DNA of 63,978 nt, filler included, from Octopus bimaculoides (Eukaryota): NCBI RefSeq assembly GCF_001194135.2. It is 5 parts of 5 records of this genome, joined end to end, with 100 filler letters (N's around TTAATTAATTAA, not from the genome) between each part and the next. Parts side by side here need not be neighbours in the genome. Positions count along the whole stretch, not along the records: positions 1 to 30,538 come from NC_068994.1; 4 more parts are not named here. One strand, 5' to 3'. The position numbers and the translations under genes were made by a program. This document shows positions 11,333 to 25,214 of this stretch, one piece after another (position 1 is the stretch's first letter; each line of letters opens with the position of its first letter). Below the pieces are notes generated by a model that had not been told where the DNA came from, made no database searches, and worked only from the letters and a program-made list of their open reading frames with translations.

Positions 11333-14296
11333 TGAATGTAACATTAGAAAAGCTAACAAGAAATAAATATGCACCAAAGAAACATGTAACACAGCTCTTT
11401 GGAATTTGCTGTATAAGCTTTTATAGAGGAGTGATGAAGAACTTAAGGGCTACCTTAGCAGCATACTAGCTATGCTACAGCTTCCAGCATTTTAAAGATA
11501 GCACCAATCTGTCAGCTGGTGAAACAAGCCTTGAGTTTTGGGAATGTCTCACACAATTCATGAAGACATTCTTTTCTGAGAGTATATATATGCCTTCTCT
11601 TCCATGTTTTCTCCAGAAAAGTATCAAATGGTTTCTCCATAAATTGTAAATTCTGTTTCTACTCCACAAAGAAACCCCATTTTTCTAATTTTTTTTTTTT
11701 TTAAGTTTGTACTAACTTTAAAATTGTGTAAAATGTACCACTTGAGGACAGATCAACTACAAGGAATCTCAGTCCTTATATAAGCTCTTTTAATTTTTTC
11801 TGTCATATTGGATTGCTGCCAAGTGTCTATAGTCATCTCTTGCTCAAGGTGCTCTATCCAAGAGCTCAAAGTGGACTGGTCTTCATCGTCTACCTTCTGT
11901 GAGTGCCAAAGGTGGTCAGCCTGAGTACCTGAGATTGTCTAGTTAAGTTAGGCACCAAACAGGGAGCAAATTTTAGATCATCCAAGGAGCTATATTATAC
12001 CACAGTTCCATGCTAGTTGGTTGATTTATAGATCTGTCACATGACCCATAACTAAATATCTTGCGATTGAGGTTCAAATTCCTGCATAGGTGAACTTCCT
12101 TCAAGCCAAGTTCCCAATCCAAAAATCAAGATTATTCATTTGATTATATATGTCCTTAGGCGATATGCTTAGCAGTATTTCGTCTGTCTTTACGTTCTGA
12201 GTTCAAATTCCACCAAGGTCAACTTTACCTTTCATCCTTTCAGGGCCGATAAATTGAGTACCAGTTGCGTACTGGGGTTGATCTAATCGACTGGCCCCCT
12301 CCCCAAACATTTCAGGCCCTGTGCCTAGAGTAGAAAAGAATCTTTAGCATGTTGGATGAAATGGCAAGCAGAATTCCTCCTGATTCATTACGTTCTGAGT
12401 TCAAATTCTGCCATGGTCGATTTTGCCTTTTATTCTTTCAGGGTCAATGAAACAAGCCCCTTTCAATTACTAGAGGTGATGTTATCAATTTCTTCCTCTC
12501 TTCAAAAAATTGCTGGCAGTTTGCCAAAATTTGAAACTTTATATGGACCCCTTTGGAAAGGCATGAATGCTAAAACTCCCACGTACTCTTTTAAATATCT
12601 CGGTATCATGCTTACCTGGAGATGACGGTGGGGAAAACTTGATGATGAACATGTAACTCCATCAGGATGATAGTTATATTAAGCTACATCCGGAAATTGT
12701 TATGGTTCATTTTTTTATATATTTTGTATTTTCTGTTTTAAACAGTAAAACTTATATTTCATGAATATATTAAATATTTGCCGTTGTATTTTAGTTAAAT
12801 TGGCAATACTGCTCCTCACGCTAGAATGGTTTAAACTGCGTAGTAAATTGCTTATGAATCAATGGATATATGTGCGTTTGAAGAAAGGACAGAAAATGAT
12901 AGAGAGGGGAATCTAGAAAGGAAAGACAGAGAAGCAAACACAAAAATAGAATAACATAAAAGATGGAGGAGGAGGAGGAAAGGACAGAGGGGCGGTGTGA
13001 GTGTGGGGTGGGAGGCTAGAAAACAAAGCGAAGTGGTGGAAAGAGAAAGAAACAAGAAGTGAAGGAGAGAAAAAATTCGTGGGAGTCTGACACATGTAAG
13101 GATAGGTAAACCAAGCAAGAGAAACAGTCGGAAGTCGGGGGAGAAATTGGAAGAGTAGGATAGATAGAGATGGTATGCAAATGGTAAAATAAGAGCATGA
13201 AGAGGAATAAGGAATTGATGAAAAGAGAGAGAGGGGGGAAACAAAGACAGAGACAAAAATTGTGGGAGAAAGAGAGGTGAGGACAATGGCAAACAGATAA
13301 AGAGAGAGGAAAGGAGAGAGAAAGAGACAGTGACAGACAGAGAGGGGGAAAAATAGAAAAACAACGACGAAGTGGGTAAAAGAGGGAGAGACAAAGACAG
13401 ATAAAAAGAGTGTGGCAGAGATAAAAGAGAGAAACAAATAAATAGACAGAGGAGAGAAAGAGAGAGAGAGAGATAGAAGGGAGATTAATGGATGAAGGGA
13501 ACTTGTGTATGCTGAATTGTCCGGAACATTTCCATCGAATGATTTGTGTTATCTGCAACGGTGTTGACGCTTAATAACGTTTCTTTTATTTTTGCTCACT
13601 TCTGCATATTTTCCATTAGATGATATCAGCAAGGCACGTCTACAGAGTGTTTTTATTATAGATAGCTTATATCTAAAGAGGAATTCGATGTTAGCATGGA
13701 GGTAATTGCATTTGCAAGTGAGTTTAGAGTAAACCGAATGATACAGGTGATGTATTTACTACCGTTAGCCACAATGTTTGTGGCCAACAAAGATATTTAC
13801 TATCAATATCTATTTCCTGTGTAAATTTTAAAATCGATTTTCATTACATCTTTTGTTGTTATTATTAATCTTTTTTTTTCTTTCTCTTTTTATGATTTAT
13901 ATGCACTTCAAGTTGTTAACTGCTGTGTACATGTCCTCAGATTTAGCTCCTGTGTGTGCTTTTACATTAACACTTCAACGACTAACGATGTAAGGTTTTA
14001 GTTTGCCAATGGAACAACTATTTTTTTGTCATAGACCAATAAAGACATACACACACACACATAACGTGTTATAGTTTTATAAAGCTAATACATAGAAGAG
14101 TGTACATAAGTTAGAACATCTAAATATATATATTTTCATTTGAGAAAATTCAGTGTAACTTTATACTTCGAGTTTCTAGTTGAGAATTTTCTCCAGATAG
14201 AGTAATTAATCCATTGATATCGGGGAAGCTTTTAAGCTTTTATCAGATTCATTCGTCATGTGACGCTTGTGGTATGTATGTGTGACAGTGCGCGCG

Positions 14297-14339
<43 letters not shown>

Positions 14340-14736
14340 CTTACTGGTCTTTAAATTATGGCCTGTCAGCCTAGCTTCTAGCACTTTGATCTTCTTGAGA
14401 CAAAGTGTGTCTGCATTTCCGTTTGCAGAATAGTTTATAATTTAACATCAGTATATTAGATTTTCCTGCCAAGGAAAGCGTTTTCGTCTCTATTGTCGGA
14501 GCGAAGGGAAATATCTTGATGCAATAATAAAATGCTGAAGAAATAGCACCTATTAATCTACAAATACAGACGTACAAACATTGTAACGAAATGTTTAAAG
14601 AAATAAAAGTCAAACTAACAACGGCACACTGAGAAATAAATGAATGAAAGGTTGGGTGCATACATCATTTGCTAATTATAAGACTATTCTCAGGTAGAAA
14701 ACAAACTCGGAATATAAAGTTAGTTATGTATTTCTC

Positions 14737-14800
<64 letters not shown>

Positions 14801-14815
14801 TCATTTAGTATTGAC

Positions 14816-16170
14816 TGTTGGGAGAAAGAGTACTCAATACCATAGAGGAGATTAATAATATCGTTATNNNNNNNNNNNNNNNNNNNNNNNNNNNNNNNNN
14901 NNNNNNNNNNNNNNNNNNNNNNNNNNNNNNNNNNNNNNNNNNNNNNNNNNNNNNNNNNNNNNNNNNNNNNNNNNNNNNNNNNNNNNNNNNNNNNNNNNNN
15001 NNNNNNNNNNNNNNNNNNNNNNNNNNNNNNNNNNNNNNNNNNNNNNNNNNNNNNNNNNNNNNNNNNNNNNNNNNNNNNNNNNNNNNNNNNNNNNNNNNNN
15101 NNNNNNNNNNNNNNNNNNNNNNNNNNNNNNNNNNNNNNNNNNNNNNNNNNNNNNNNNNNNNNNNNNNNNNNNNNNNNNNNNNNNNNNNNNNNNNNNNNNN
15201 NNNNNNNNNNNNNNNNNNNNNNNNNNNNNNNNNNNNNNNNNNNNNNNNNNNNNNNNNNNNNNNNNNNNNNNNNNNNNNNNNNNNNNNNNNNNNNNNNNNN
15301 NNNNNNNNNNNNNNNNNNNNNNNNNNNNNNNNNNNNNNNNNNNNNNNNNNNNNNNNNNNNNNNNNNNNNNNNNNNNNNNNNNNNNNNNNNNNNNNNNNNN
15401 NNNNNNNNNNNNNNNNNNNNNNNNNNNNNNNNNNNNNNNNNNNNNNNNNNNNNNNNNNNNNNNNNNNNNNNNNNNNNNNNNNNNNNNNNNNNNNNNNNNN
15501 NNNNNNNNNNNNNNNNNNNNNNNNNNNNNNNNNNNNNNNNNNNNNNNNNNNNNNNNNNNNNNNNNNNNNNNNNNNNNNNNNNNNNNNNNNNNNNNNNNNN
15601 NNNNNNNNNNNNNNNNNNNNNNNNNNNNNNNNNNNNNNNNNNNNNNNNNNNNNNNNNNNNNNNNNNNNNNNNNNNNNNNNNNNNNNNNNNNNNNNNNNNN
15701 NNNNNNNNNNNNNNNNNNNNNNNNNNNNNNNNNNNNNNNNNNNNNNNNNNNNNNNNNNNNNNNNNNNNNNNNNNNNNNNNNNNNNNNNNNNNNNNNNNNN
15801 NNNNNNNNNNNNNNNNNNNNNNNNNNNNNNNNNNNNNNNNNNNNACGGAACGCAGATTCTGAACTATTAACACAACAATATTTATTACAATAGAATTCGG
15901 CAGCACTTCGCCCTTTGGTTACTGAGACGCCGTCAATGAAGTTGCGTGGTTATTTGTGTAGCTCCAGAGTTGGGTTGTTGGAGAGAGGCTGCTGCGACGT
16001 CTAGGCTCTTCGTCGGCCAGCGAAAGAAGAGGGTGAAAGAAGCGGGAACGTTTGGATATCGATGACTACGCATGCGCATGAGACTCTTCCTGTATTCCTT
16101 CCGGAACTAGTCCCTGCGCATGCGTGGATAAAAACTCCGGAAATGTCGTCTGCTATAAGGCGTCACTACA
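14816..16170 (-). mobile_element. Probable solo LTR spanning an N gap (alternative: host promoter)
   Basis: Minus strand starts TGTAG (16170) and ends CAACA (14816), with AATAAA at 15886-15881 and a CpG-rich U3-like part. No matching TSD, PBS or PPT seen. Confidence 0.42.
16069..16142. promoter_or_regulatory. Cluster of NRF1-like (GCGCATGCG) and ETS-like (CCGGAA) motifs
   Basis: CGCATGCGCATG 16069-16080, TGCGCATGCG 16115-16124, TTCCGGAA 16099-16106, CCGGAA 16137-16142, within a CpG-rich patch. Confidence 0.55.
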
Positions 16171-17310
16171 GATTCGTTGGAATCTAGGTACATCAAACAC
16201 GAAAGACGCCAGGACTGACTGGGTACCATAACACTAACTTCACAGTAAGACAAACAGTCATTAGGTGCCGTTTGTTGGTAGTGTATTGTAAGTATTTAAG
16301 TACCAAATCTAATATAAACGTAGATCCGACTCAGGATTGGTTCTAAGTATGGCGTAGGTATAAAAGAACGCAAATGAGTTTTAAACAGCAGAAGTGAGCT
16401 AGAATGTTAAAACTCGGTGCGCAGGCACAGCAGAGTTCATGGTCAATCTGTGCCGAGTGGCTTTGTTCTGTGGGCTTTAGCTTCGTTATTATGGCAACAG
16501 TCCGGATACTTATTGATCAGACCACGTATTGCAATTTAAATAGATTATTTGCTTTAAACACTGCAATATTTCTTCCACCCGTTCTTGATAGTATTTTTTT
16601 TTTTCTGCGAGAGTGAGATAGAGAAATGCATTTTACAAAGTTACATATAAAGTTTTATGAAGGAAAATCAAAATTAAAATTTACAGACTTTCATAATATT
16701 CTTGAGGGCCTAATATTTCATGTAAGACGGAAAAGATTAAAATTTTTTAAAATTGATGATAACGTTGTTTTGAATTGTTGCTTATAACAAAATGTTTTAG
16801 AAAATTATTTAGAAGAATCAAGATATCAAATTTAAAGTTTCTTTTGAAAGGAGGTGTACAAAAAATTCCTTTCGACTTTTAAATCAAAATCTGTGCATAA
16901 ATAGCTCCAATTAGATTAAGTTATTTGTTGTTTTTACGTCTGATATGCCTTCACTGAAAATGAAATTCTATGCTGATGTGGATATTAAAAATCGAATATT
17001 CTTCATGACTTGAGTATAACTTATTCTGAATTCCACAAGTTACTGAAGAAGAAGAAGAACATAATCCCTGTTTCTTTACCATCCATTAAGAGAATAGGCC
17101 TAAACCTCCAGAAAAATAGCCCTGATGCAAGCAAGAAATAATTCGTCAGGTCTAGAACTACCACAGGCAGAAGACTGAAAATCTTCATTCATAGGGTGCA
17201 AGAAACTAAGCATTAACGTATCTATTCATTCTGAATACGTTCTGGTAAATTCGAACGTAAATATCAAATCAATGCTGTCTTTTTTTTTCTTTTCTGTTTT
17301 TTTGTTTTTT

Positions 17311-17902
17311 TTTGCCACCAGAGCGCTTTCTCTCATTAGACGACGTGTGTTTATTACACACGTGATCCACTTATTCGCCAATGTCCAAGGAGTTTGAGAC
17401 ACTGCGGTATTTCGACCTCGTTGTGTGTCTCCTCAGTCGAAGCTACCCAACAGCTAGACCGATGAATCTCACAACACGAGCTCTTGTTTATAGGAATCAG
17501 CCAATACACTTATTGATGCGTGCAGCTCATGTGTCATAAAAACATATTACCTAAAGAGAGGAGGCGTTCTCCAGTGGCGAAAAACAACAGTGATCAGCTA
17601 TTCACGTTCGAATTTCTCAGAACGCATTAAGAATGAATAGATTTGTTATTGTTGGAATTCTCAATGTTCTGCGCGCACCCCTATGAATTAATATCTGTTT
17701 GACAGACATTTCCAAGTGTCAACAAATAGTTTGTTTACAAATTCTCTAAAACAAGAGCTCGTAATTCATCGGTCCAGCTGTGGAGTAACTTCGACTGAGG
17801 CGACACACACCACGGTGTCGTGATCTTACCTTACACCGGTGAATCCTATGTGTGAGGAACATACACTGCCTTGAGGGAGTGTGCGTTCTCTGGTTGCGAA
17901 AA
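17311..17902. mobile_element. Foldback/MITE-like element with long degenerate inverted arms
   Basis: 17413-17490 is the imperfect reverse complement of 17747-17820. Outer ends tttgccaccagag and ctctggttgcgaa are also complementary. Confidence 0.6.
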
Positions 17903-20900
17903 AGAAGAGAGATCATTTATTCGCGTTTGAATCTACCAAAGTGAATTTTATCACGTTACTGATAAAAATATTTAGTTCTTCACAAAAGAAAGAAAAACCT
18001 GCAGCAACTATCGAACGAGTGTGGAATTGTTGAAGACAAGACAATTTCCAGAAAGAAAAAAAAAAGCATTACAAGAAAGTTTAAAACGCAAGTTTTGCTC
18101 CTGAAAGATATGCTAGAAAGCCTTAGGTAACAAAGAAAAACATTAAGGACTGATTGTATTTTGGGGCCAGGTATGGTAATTTTGATGCAGACTGGTTTCA
18201 GAAAGTTCTCTGAAATGATGAATCAAGATATGAGCTTTGTAGTGGTGCCTTTCTTCATTGGGTGCCTTTTGTACAGTTCACAACATTGCAAATATTAGAG
18301 CCTGGTCTTCAGTCTGGTACTAATTTCCTCATTTCTTCATTTTCACTTCCAATTTTGGAAGTCCTGGAAAGTGTCATGGGCATTAGTGTAGCTTGAAATA
18401 GGGGATTGGGAGCGGTCTGTCATGGATGGCACTTTTGGGTCTGCTGCATAAGCCTGTATAAGGGTTGGGAAGCCTCAAACTTAAAGGTTGATCCGGGCAG
18501 CACAAACTTACATTATTGGTCATGAGCTTTGCCATTCTTCCTCTGATTAATCCAGCAAAAAAATAGTACTGGGTTTATTCACGATTGCTCACAGTAAAAA
18601 TAAAATATACAAATACAAATACAGCTGACCAATCGATTCTTCAAAGTTAAATACCAAAACTTTTTCTTTGCATTTGTGATGTTTTCCAAACCAACTATAT
18701 TGATTTCGACTAGAACAACTTAATACAATTAATTGCAAAAGTCAAATGTCTTATTCAGATTATTTCACTGATTTCAATTATTAGACAGCAGCCATGCTGG
18801 GGCACCGCTTTCAAGTTTTTTTTTCTTTTCTTTTTCTTTCGTTTTTCTTTTCTTAGTTGATCGTAAATGTCTGGTATTTATTTTTACCGGGCTGTATTTG
18901 TAGAACAGCTACGTGACGGGATATAAAGAGAAGTAACATAATCAACTAACAACTATATTGGACCTTTCTAAGACCGGTGTAAATGTAAACATAGACATGG
19001 ACGAACACACAATTACACGCATATCCGCACACACAAATACACGCACATGCACGCGCATCCATTCACATGGATATACACACACATATACACGAGTCTCTAA
19101 CATACACACTTACACACACTTGCACACGCTCACTAATATATATGCACATGTACATACACATGTACACGCACGTGCACACACACATACGCGCACATGCACA
19201 CACATAGGCACACGCGTGCGTGCACACACACACACATATAGACATACATACAAGCATACACACAATATACAAGTATACGAAGTTTTAAAGTGTTTCGGTA
19301 GAAAACACTAAATAAAAACTAAATAAAAAATGGTGTCCGCCAAATCAGAAGGATCCCACATACATTCAGTTCATTGCATGTGCCGTCACGTGGCACACTA
19401 ACACACACAAACACATACAGACATTTCAGTATAACCATCACGTTTTCCTTTGTCTTCTAGACATCGTATATCCAGAACTACAATTAACCAATGTATTCTT
19501 CCTGTCATTGTCAAAGCTAAACTGATTTGGGGGAAATAACTTGCAATATAGAAATTTTTGTTAAGAAGGCTAAGAGAAAAAGATGTTTTATATGACACAT
19601 TCTACCAGTATCCTAAGTTTGAAAGTGCTTCGTTAAGAAAACAAGTGGTACCCGTCAATTCAAAAAGATCCTTATTTGGATAAACAATCACATACAGGCC
19701 TTCTTGCTAGCTTGTATACGTTTGGTGTGAACGTGTACGTTGTGGTGGGATTATAGGGGAGTCTAAAGAAGTTGGTGTGTTATGAGAACAGAAAGCAAAA
19801 TGGGCTGCTAATATAGAAGTTTCCTCTTTAAAGTGGTGAAGCTGACAGAATCGTTGGCACACTAAGCAAAATGTTTAGCGACATTTCGTCCGTCTTTATG
19901 TTCTGAGTTCAAATTCTGCTGAGATCGACTTTGCCTTTCATCTCTTTCGGGGTCGATGTAATCGATTTATCTCCATCCTTCCCTCGAAATTGCTGGCATA
20001 ATGGACCTATTTTCAGTTATGATTATAGCAAGGTTGAGTAGAGAGGGGACGAAAAAAATAACCACAGACTTCACAAACAAACATATTGCTTAAAAATATT
20101 TGTTGCACAAAAGGTACGTGCATGTATATATGTTTGTGCGTGTGTGCAAACCAGTGCGTGTGAGTGAGAACAAACAGTTTCGGATTTATTATACAGGTAA
20201 AAGGAGACAGAAGTTCGAAAACGTTGTGCTGTGAGGCAAAATACGCTGAAAATAAACATTACGTAGCATTAGATTTGAGCGCTTTTGAATCGAGAAGTTA
20301 TATAGAAATACAGTTAAAAAAAAAAATGAACAATGTCGTATACACTTACGTAAGTATCACAAGTTATCAATGAAAAGCCAACTGATTTCTTAGGAGATTA
20401 TAATAAGATGATTATAATGAATTTAAAAAATAGATAAATAAACGATTATAACCATTGTTGAGAATACAAACAGTTTAAAATGGAATAAATTGGTTTGCCG
20501 CGAGGATTTCTCTTCCTCACAGCAAAGCAATTTATTCCACTTTTTGAATGGTTTGTATTCACTGTTTGCTTTCGTATGCCATAACTAGTCTCCCGGATCC
20601 TAACTGATTACATACATTATTGCTGAAATAGTTTCACCGACTTGAAAACCTAGTGCAATAAAATCAACGTATTGATGGCAGCGCAACGTCTCCCTAACAG
20701 AAAGTATGAAAGAATATCAAACAAGTTTTCTGAAAGTATTTTATTGCATTTCAGGGAAATAATGGTTTGTGACTTAGGTGCAAAACCAGCAGTTTCGATG
20801 GGAGGGGGAAGTGGTCGATAACATGGTCCCAAGTATTTGACTGGTATTTTATTTCATTGTCCCCGGAGGGATGAAGGGAGGCGTCTCGGTGTGCATGGTT

Positions 20901-21058
20901 GTGAGGTTAAGAAATTCGCTTTGCAGCCACGTGATTTCTGGTTCAGTTTCACTCCGCGGCACCTTGAGCAAGCGTCTTCTACTATAGTTCTAGGCTGACA
21001 AATACCTTGGGAGTAATGGAATTTGGTAGACAAAAACTGCGTGGAACCCATCCTCATA

Positions 21059-21093
<35 letters not shown>

Positions 21094-21097
21094 CATA

Positions 21098-21980
21098 CAT
21101 GGTGCGGTGAATAAGTTGTCGGCTAAATTACGCAAAAATGAAAATAACAGTGACATCTCATTTTAACCGATGTACTTACAAAAATTACATAAAAATATCT
21201 TGAAATACTAAAGGGTAAATTTATTCAATAATATCGCCATTGGCTTCAACCACGGCCTCCAGACAACTTCGGAATNNNNNNNNNNTTGAAATACTAAAGG
21301 GTAAATTTATTCAATAATATCGCCATTGGCTTCAACCACGGCCTCCAGACAACTTCGGAATCTCTTGCAACTCTTCTGGATAGTCTCCTTGTTTAAGATG
21401 GTGAATGCTGCCATTATCCTTGCCTTCAGTTCATCTTTGGTGTTACAAGGAGTTTTGTTGGTCTCTCGCTCAACTGCGCCCAACAAATAATAATCAAGGG
21501 AGTTGCAGTCTGGTGGGGGGATTAGGTGGCCAGATGTTAGAGATGATGCGGTTGCAGAAACTGGCTGACAGCCATGACTGGGTTCTCCTGCTTGTGTGGC
21601 ATGGTGCAGAGTCCTGTTGCCAGAAATAGAGTATTCCAGCAGCCACCCTCTTGACTCAGGGCAGCACTGCTTCTTCCAGGCCGTATCTTCGTAATCACAA
21701 TTAGACTCATCCAACTCTTTTCGAATCCTCTGCACTGTCCTCAGATTGACACCCAAACACTCTGAAATGTTCGTATTGTAGCTTCCGGCGCGAATGCCAA
21801 GCAGTACAGTATGTCGTTTCCAAATTTCTGACAGAGCGAATTGCGTCATAGTACTGTTTTTCTCACAGACAGTGCCCAACTGACCCTACTTTACTGTGTA
21901 GTCGACAAAATCAAAAACAAACTATGAGCATGCACGAAATTAAAAGTATAAAATGGCGACAATTTACCCATTGTGCCATA
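21098..21980 (-). mobile_element. Internally deleted maT-like element, same family as 51206-52105
   Basis: Same termini (degenerate). ORF 21307-21879 has an HTH (ISECLGVNLRTVQRIRKEL) and PPDCNSLDYYLLGAVERETNKTPCNTKDELKARI. Confidence 0.85.
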
Positions 21981-22060
21981 CACGCGCGCGTACACACACA
22001 CACATGCAGATATATATTCATACATACATATATACAAACATGTGTGTGTGTGTGTGTGTG

Positions 22061-22295
22061 TCAGACTGAGTAAAAAGCAAGCAACGTTTTGAAACATGAA
22101 GTTTTTTACAATATATTTCAACAATGCGGAAGTAAGTACCATTACAATCAACACATTTTTGCCAACGAGTTACAAGTTTTTTTTAATTTTTTTATTCTGA
22201 TAGCATAAAAATCTGGGGTTCTGAAGCTGATGAACTCTTTGAATGCACTTTCAGCATCGGTTTGATTTTTGAACTCCTTCTCCCAAAGATATGAC
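22061..22295 (-). mobile_element. Mariner transposase 3' fragment
   Basis: EKEFKNQTDAESAFKEFISFRTPDFYAIRIKKL then (frameshift) VTRWQKCVDCNGTYF, the typical DD34D mariner C-terminus. Confidence 0.72.
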
Positions 22296-22392
22296 ATGAA
22301 GGATCCTGAAGTTGGTTCGTAGACTGATTGTGCCACTAGACTGGAAGGCATGTAGAGGCTTGGCAACGAGTAGTAACGTTCAAGATCTGAAT

Positions 22393-22860
22393 CAGGTATG
22401 GGCAAACCTTTTCGAAAAGCGAGCCACATGAGACATGGCTAAGCATCAGGCGGGCTGCACTCTTAAAAAAAACAAAATTCGAGATAATTTTTCGTTGGTG
22501 GGTTGCAGTTTGCCTATCTAATTACTTTTTTGCAAGTTCAAGGGATTTTAATAAGAGTATGGCAAAATTTTTATAGATTTGAGAGCATTTCGCTTGTTTT
22601 ATTCATTGTCAAAAAAAAAAAAAACGATCTGAGATCTACCCTCAGTTGTATCAAGGAAAGTGATGTCTGTCTTTCCTCTTCCAAGCTCAAGCTAGTTAAA
22701 TATAAACTGCAGAACCTGCCAGAAGAAGAGGGAAAAAGACTCTGCAATATCATGTTGTATAGCATAATAAGAAGCAACCCTTTTGATTACGAAGAAGTGA
22801 TAAATATTTTCAGGTACAGGACCAAAGGGAGAAGTGCTATTATGATTTATTAAAGTATGG
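22393..22860 (+). mobile_element. hAT transposon relic
   Basis: Charlie-like terminus CAGGTATGGGCAAACCTTTT. Peptide SSSKLKLVKYKLQN...RLCNIMLYSII...FDYEEVINIF resembles the hAT C-terminal dimerisation motif (SFSKLKLIK..LRS.M..ERL..LA.LSI). Confidence 0.55.
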
Positions 22861-23326
22861 CTTTCTTATTTATATTTCTTTTTTTTTTAGTTGGCACTTC
22901 ATTGCAGATCATTAAAAATATAATGTTTCCTTTTGTATTTTTGTAATAAGAGTCAATATTTTTTTCTATAGCTACTTAAGTGCTGTGACCATTATATTAA
23001 ATAGCCTACAGAATATTTCTATAAATCTTTAATTTATAGTTTCATATTATTCCATATTTAAACGTATATACTGCAGAGTACTGTAATTTATATGATGAGC
23101 AAGATAAAAGTCAATGTAAGTAAAATCGAATAATATCTGTAAATTAAACTCCAATATTACAGTATCTTCATATCTTTTGAAAATTTTGCAATAAAAACAT
23201 GCCTCTTATATAACAAGTTTTCACTCCGTTTTCTTAAATCAACTTTATATAGAAAAATTATGCATTAAATTTCACAGAATTTAAGAATATTAGACACATA
23301 CAATTTTTAACATTTTCGTTCGTGTA

Positions 23327-23402
<76 letters not shown>

Positions 23403-23432
23403 ATCGATAGAGGATATATGTGTGTGTGTGCA

Positions 23433-24703
23433 CAGGGTGGGGAAGCAAAACTTGGAAAATAATATATAATTCACCAAATTATTTTTATTACAACAACCAG
23501 CAACCTGACATAAATATAATTTTAACACGAGTTTATAGGGGTATAAAAAGACAATTTATTCAATATGTCTGCCTTCATTGTCCACCACAGCCTTCACACG
23601 CCACCTGAAGGCGTCATAACTCTTCCTGATGAAGCACTCATACATGTTGTCCCACTCTTCTCTCAGGATTTACTTAAAGTGATCAAGACTTGGATGCGAA
23701 GTTCTGTTGGTAGAGCCCTCCAATTTACCCCATACAGTATAGTCTAGAGAGTTCAAGTCTAGGCTGGACGAAAACTCGAAGTTGGCAGGCCAAAAGTCGG
23801 CGAAGTTGTCTTCACAGAATTTCTGCACTTTCTTCGCCGTATGAGCAGGAGAACCATCTTGGGTCCACACTTAATGACCATTGGGGTAGCTATACTTCAG
23901 CCAAGGCAAAACCTTATACCGCAGGACATTATAATAAACGTCAGCCCCCACCTTGAAAAAATGGAGAGGCATCTTTTTCCGCCAGACTCCACAACTCCCA
24001 GTATCATGACTTGAGCAGAGGGTTTGGTTCTAAAGACGCCCTTTACTATAGAAGGTGACTCAGTTATGTATCGACCATTGCGACGTTTTAAAACAACATC
24101 AACAGTAAAGTTATCTTCATCTGAAAAGATTTTGACGGTTTGTCCATTGTGCTTCAAGTACCGCGACACTTTTTTTGTCCTTTCATGCCCTTTGGCTTTC
24201 ATTGCATGAGACAATAGGTGTCTTGAGGTCCTCACGCATGGCCCCAAATGTAAATCAGTGTGTACAGCATTTCTGATGGTCTTTGGATCAACTTTCATGT
24301 CCATGGACAGTTTTCTCATGGATGTTATTGAGTCTTTCGAAATTTTGGCTTTGAGAGATTTAAGAAATGCATTATCCCGTTTTTTATTTGTCTCCACTTC
24401 CTTGCTTTCTCTTGATGTCTCCAATATCCAACATTCGGTTCTTAACGTTGTAGTCAGTGCTCACAGTGGCCCCAACGGTCTGAGCAATATGTCTAATTGC
24501 AACCCCGGCATGAAGCAAATCTACTATGCGTTGTCCCTTAGCTTCTTAAGTGGACATGCTAGATCGTATGACTGGAGCTTCTGCTAAAAATTAACTCTAT
24601 ATACCTCCACCCTGAAATAGAAAACAATATTTTCGTATTTACGCTCAGGAATATATGAAAAATAAGGCTTACAAAATATTCCAAGTTTTGCTTTCCCGCC
24701 CTG
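23433..24703 (-). mobile_element. Near full-length Tc1/mariner DD37D (maT-type) transposon, decayed
   Basis: About 25-bp TIRs CAGGG(T/C)GGG(G/A)AAGCAAAACTTGGAA at both ends, 1271 bp, TA on the right flank. Transposase fragments KIFSDED (first D) and QDGSPAH...LDLNSLDY with 37 residues between the second and third D. Confidence 0.9.
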
Positions 24704-25175
24704 TATATATGCACACACTTCTGTGTGTGAGTGTGTGTGTGTGTGTGTCAGATTAAAGGAGATTAAGAAATCCGAGCATTCCTGCGGATATCAGCTAACA
24801 GAGTAAATAGAAGCGACTACCTTTTCTTTAAAGCAAACTGTGCTATACAAACTGAAACTCCAACGATAATTTATTTGTCGTAGAGTATAATACAGCAAGT
24901 TCAAGAATGAAGATGATGGTATCAACATTTGTTCCTTTGTTACGATCATTTCAACAATCATAATAAAGGAATAAATGTAATACCATCACCTCCACTTTTG
25001 GACTTACTATACACACACTCACATAACTGCCATCTCTAAGGAGTGCAGGGTTACATAAGCGGACAGTTACCTAACACTCTATCGAACCCCTAATGCGAAA
25101 CCGATTGGTAAGATCGGCCGTAATGGATATATAATAGTGTACACTTCGATCGATTAATATACACGTGTGTGTGTA

Positions 25176-25214
<39 letters not shown>

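Noticed and set aside
12611-12700. Strong minus-strand donor CCAG|GTAAGC at 12616 as upstream exon of the 9.9-kb exon
   Set aside because: The frame compatible with the phase-0 acceptor has a TAA just after the nearest AG, and the open frame ends in phase 2. It cannot be linked without transcript data.
12852-13558. Three overlapping 174-180 aa Leu/Ser/Phe-rich ORFs
   Set aside because: Reverse complement of a GA-rich low-complexity tract; stop codons are absent for compositional reasons.
14785-14867. Peptide NDIINLLYGIEYSFSQQ faintly like a gamma-tubulin complex motif
   Set aside because: Too short, no donor site, and it lies at the end of the LTR-like segment.
21200-21361. 76-bp direct duplication around a 10-N gap
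   Set aside because: Exact overlap either side of a gap is the typical signature of unmerged contig ends.
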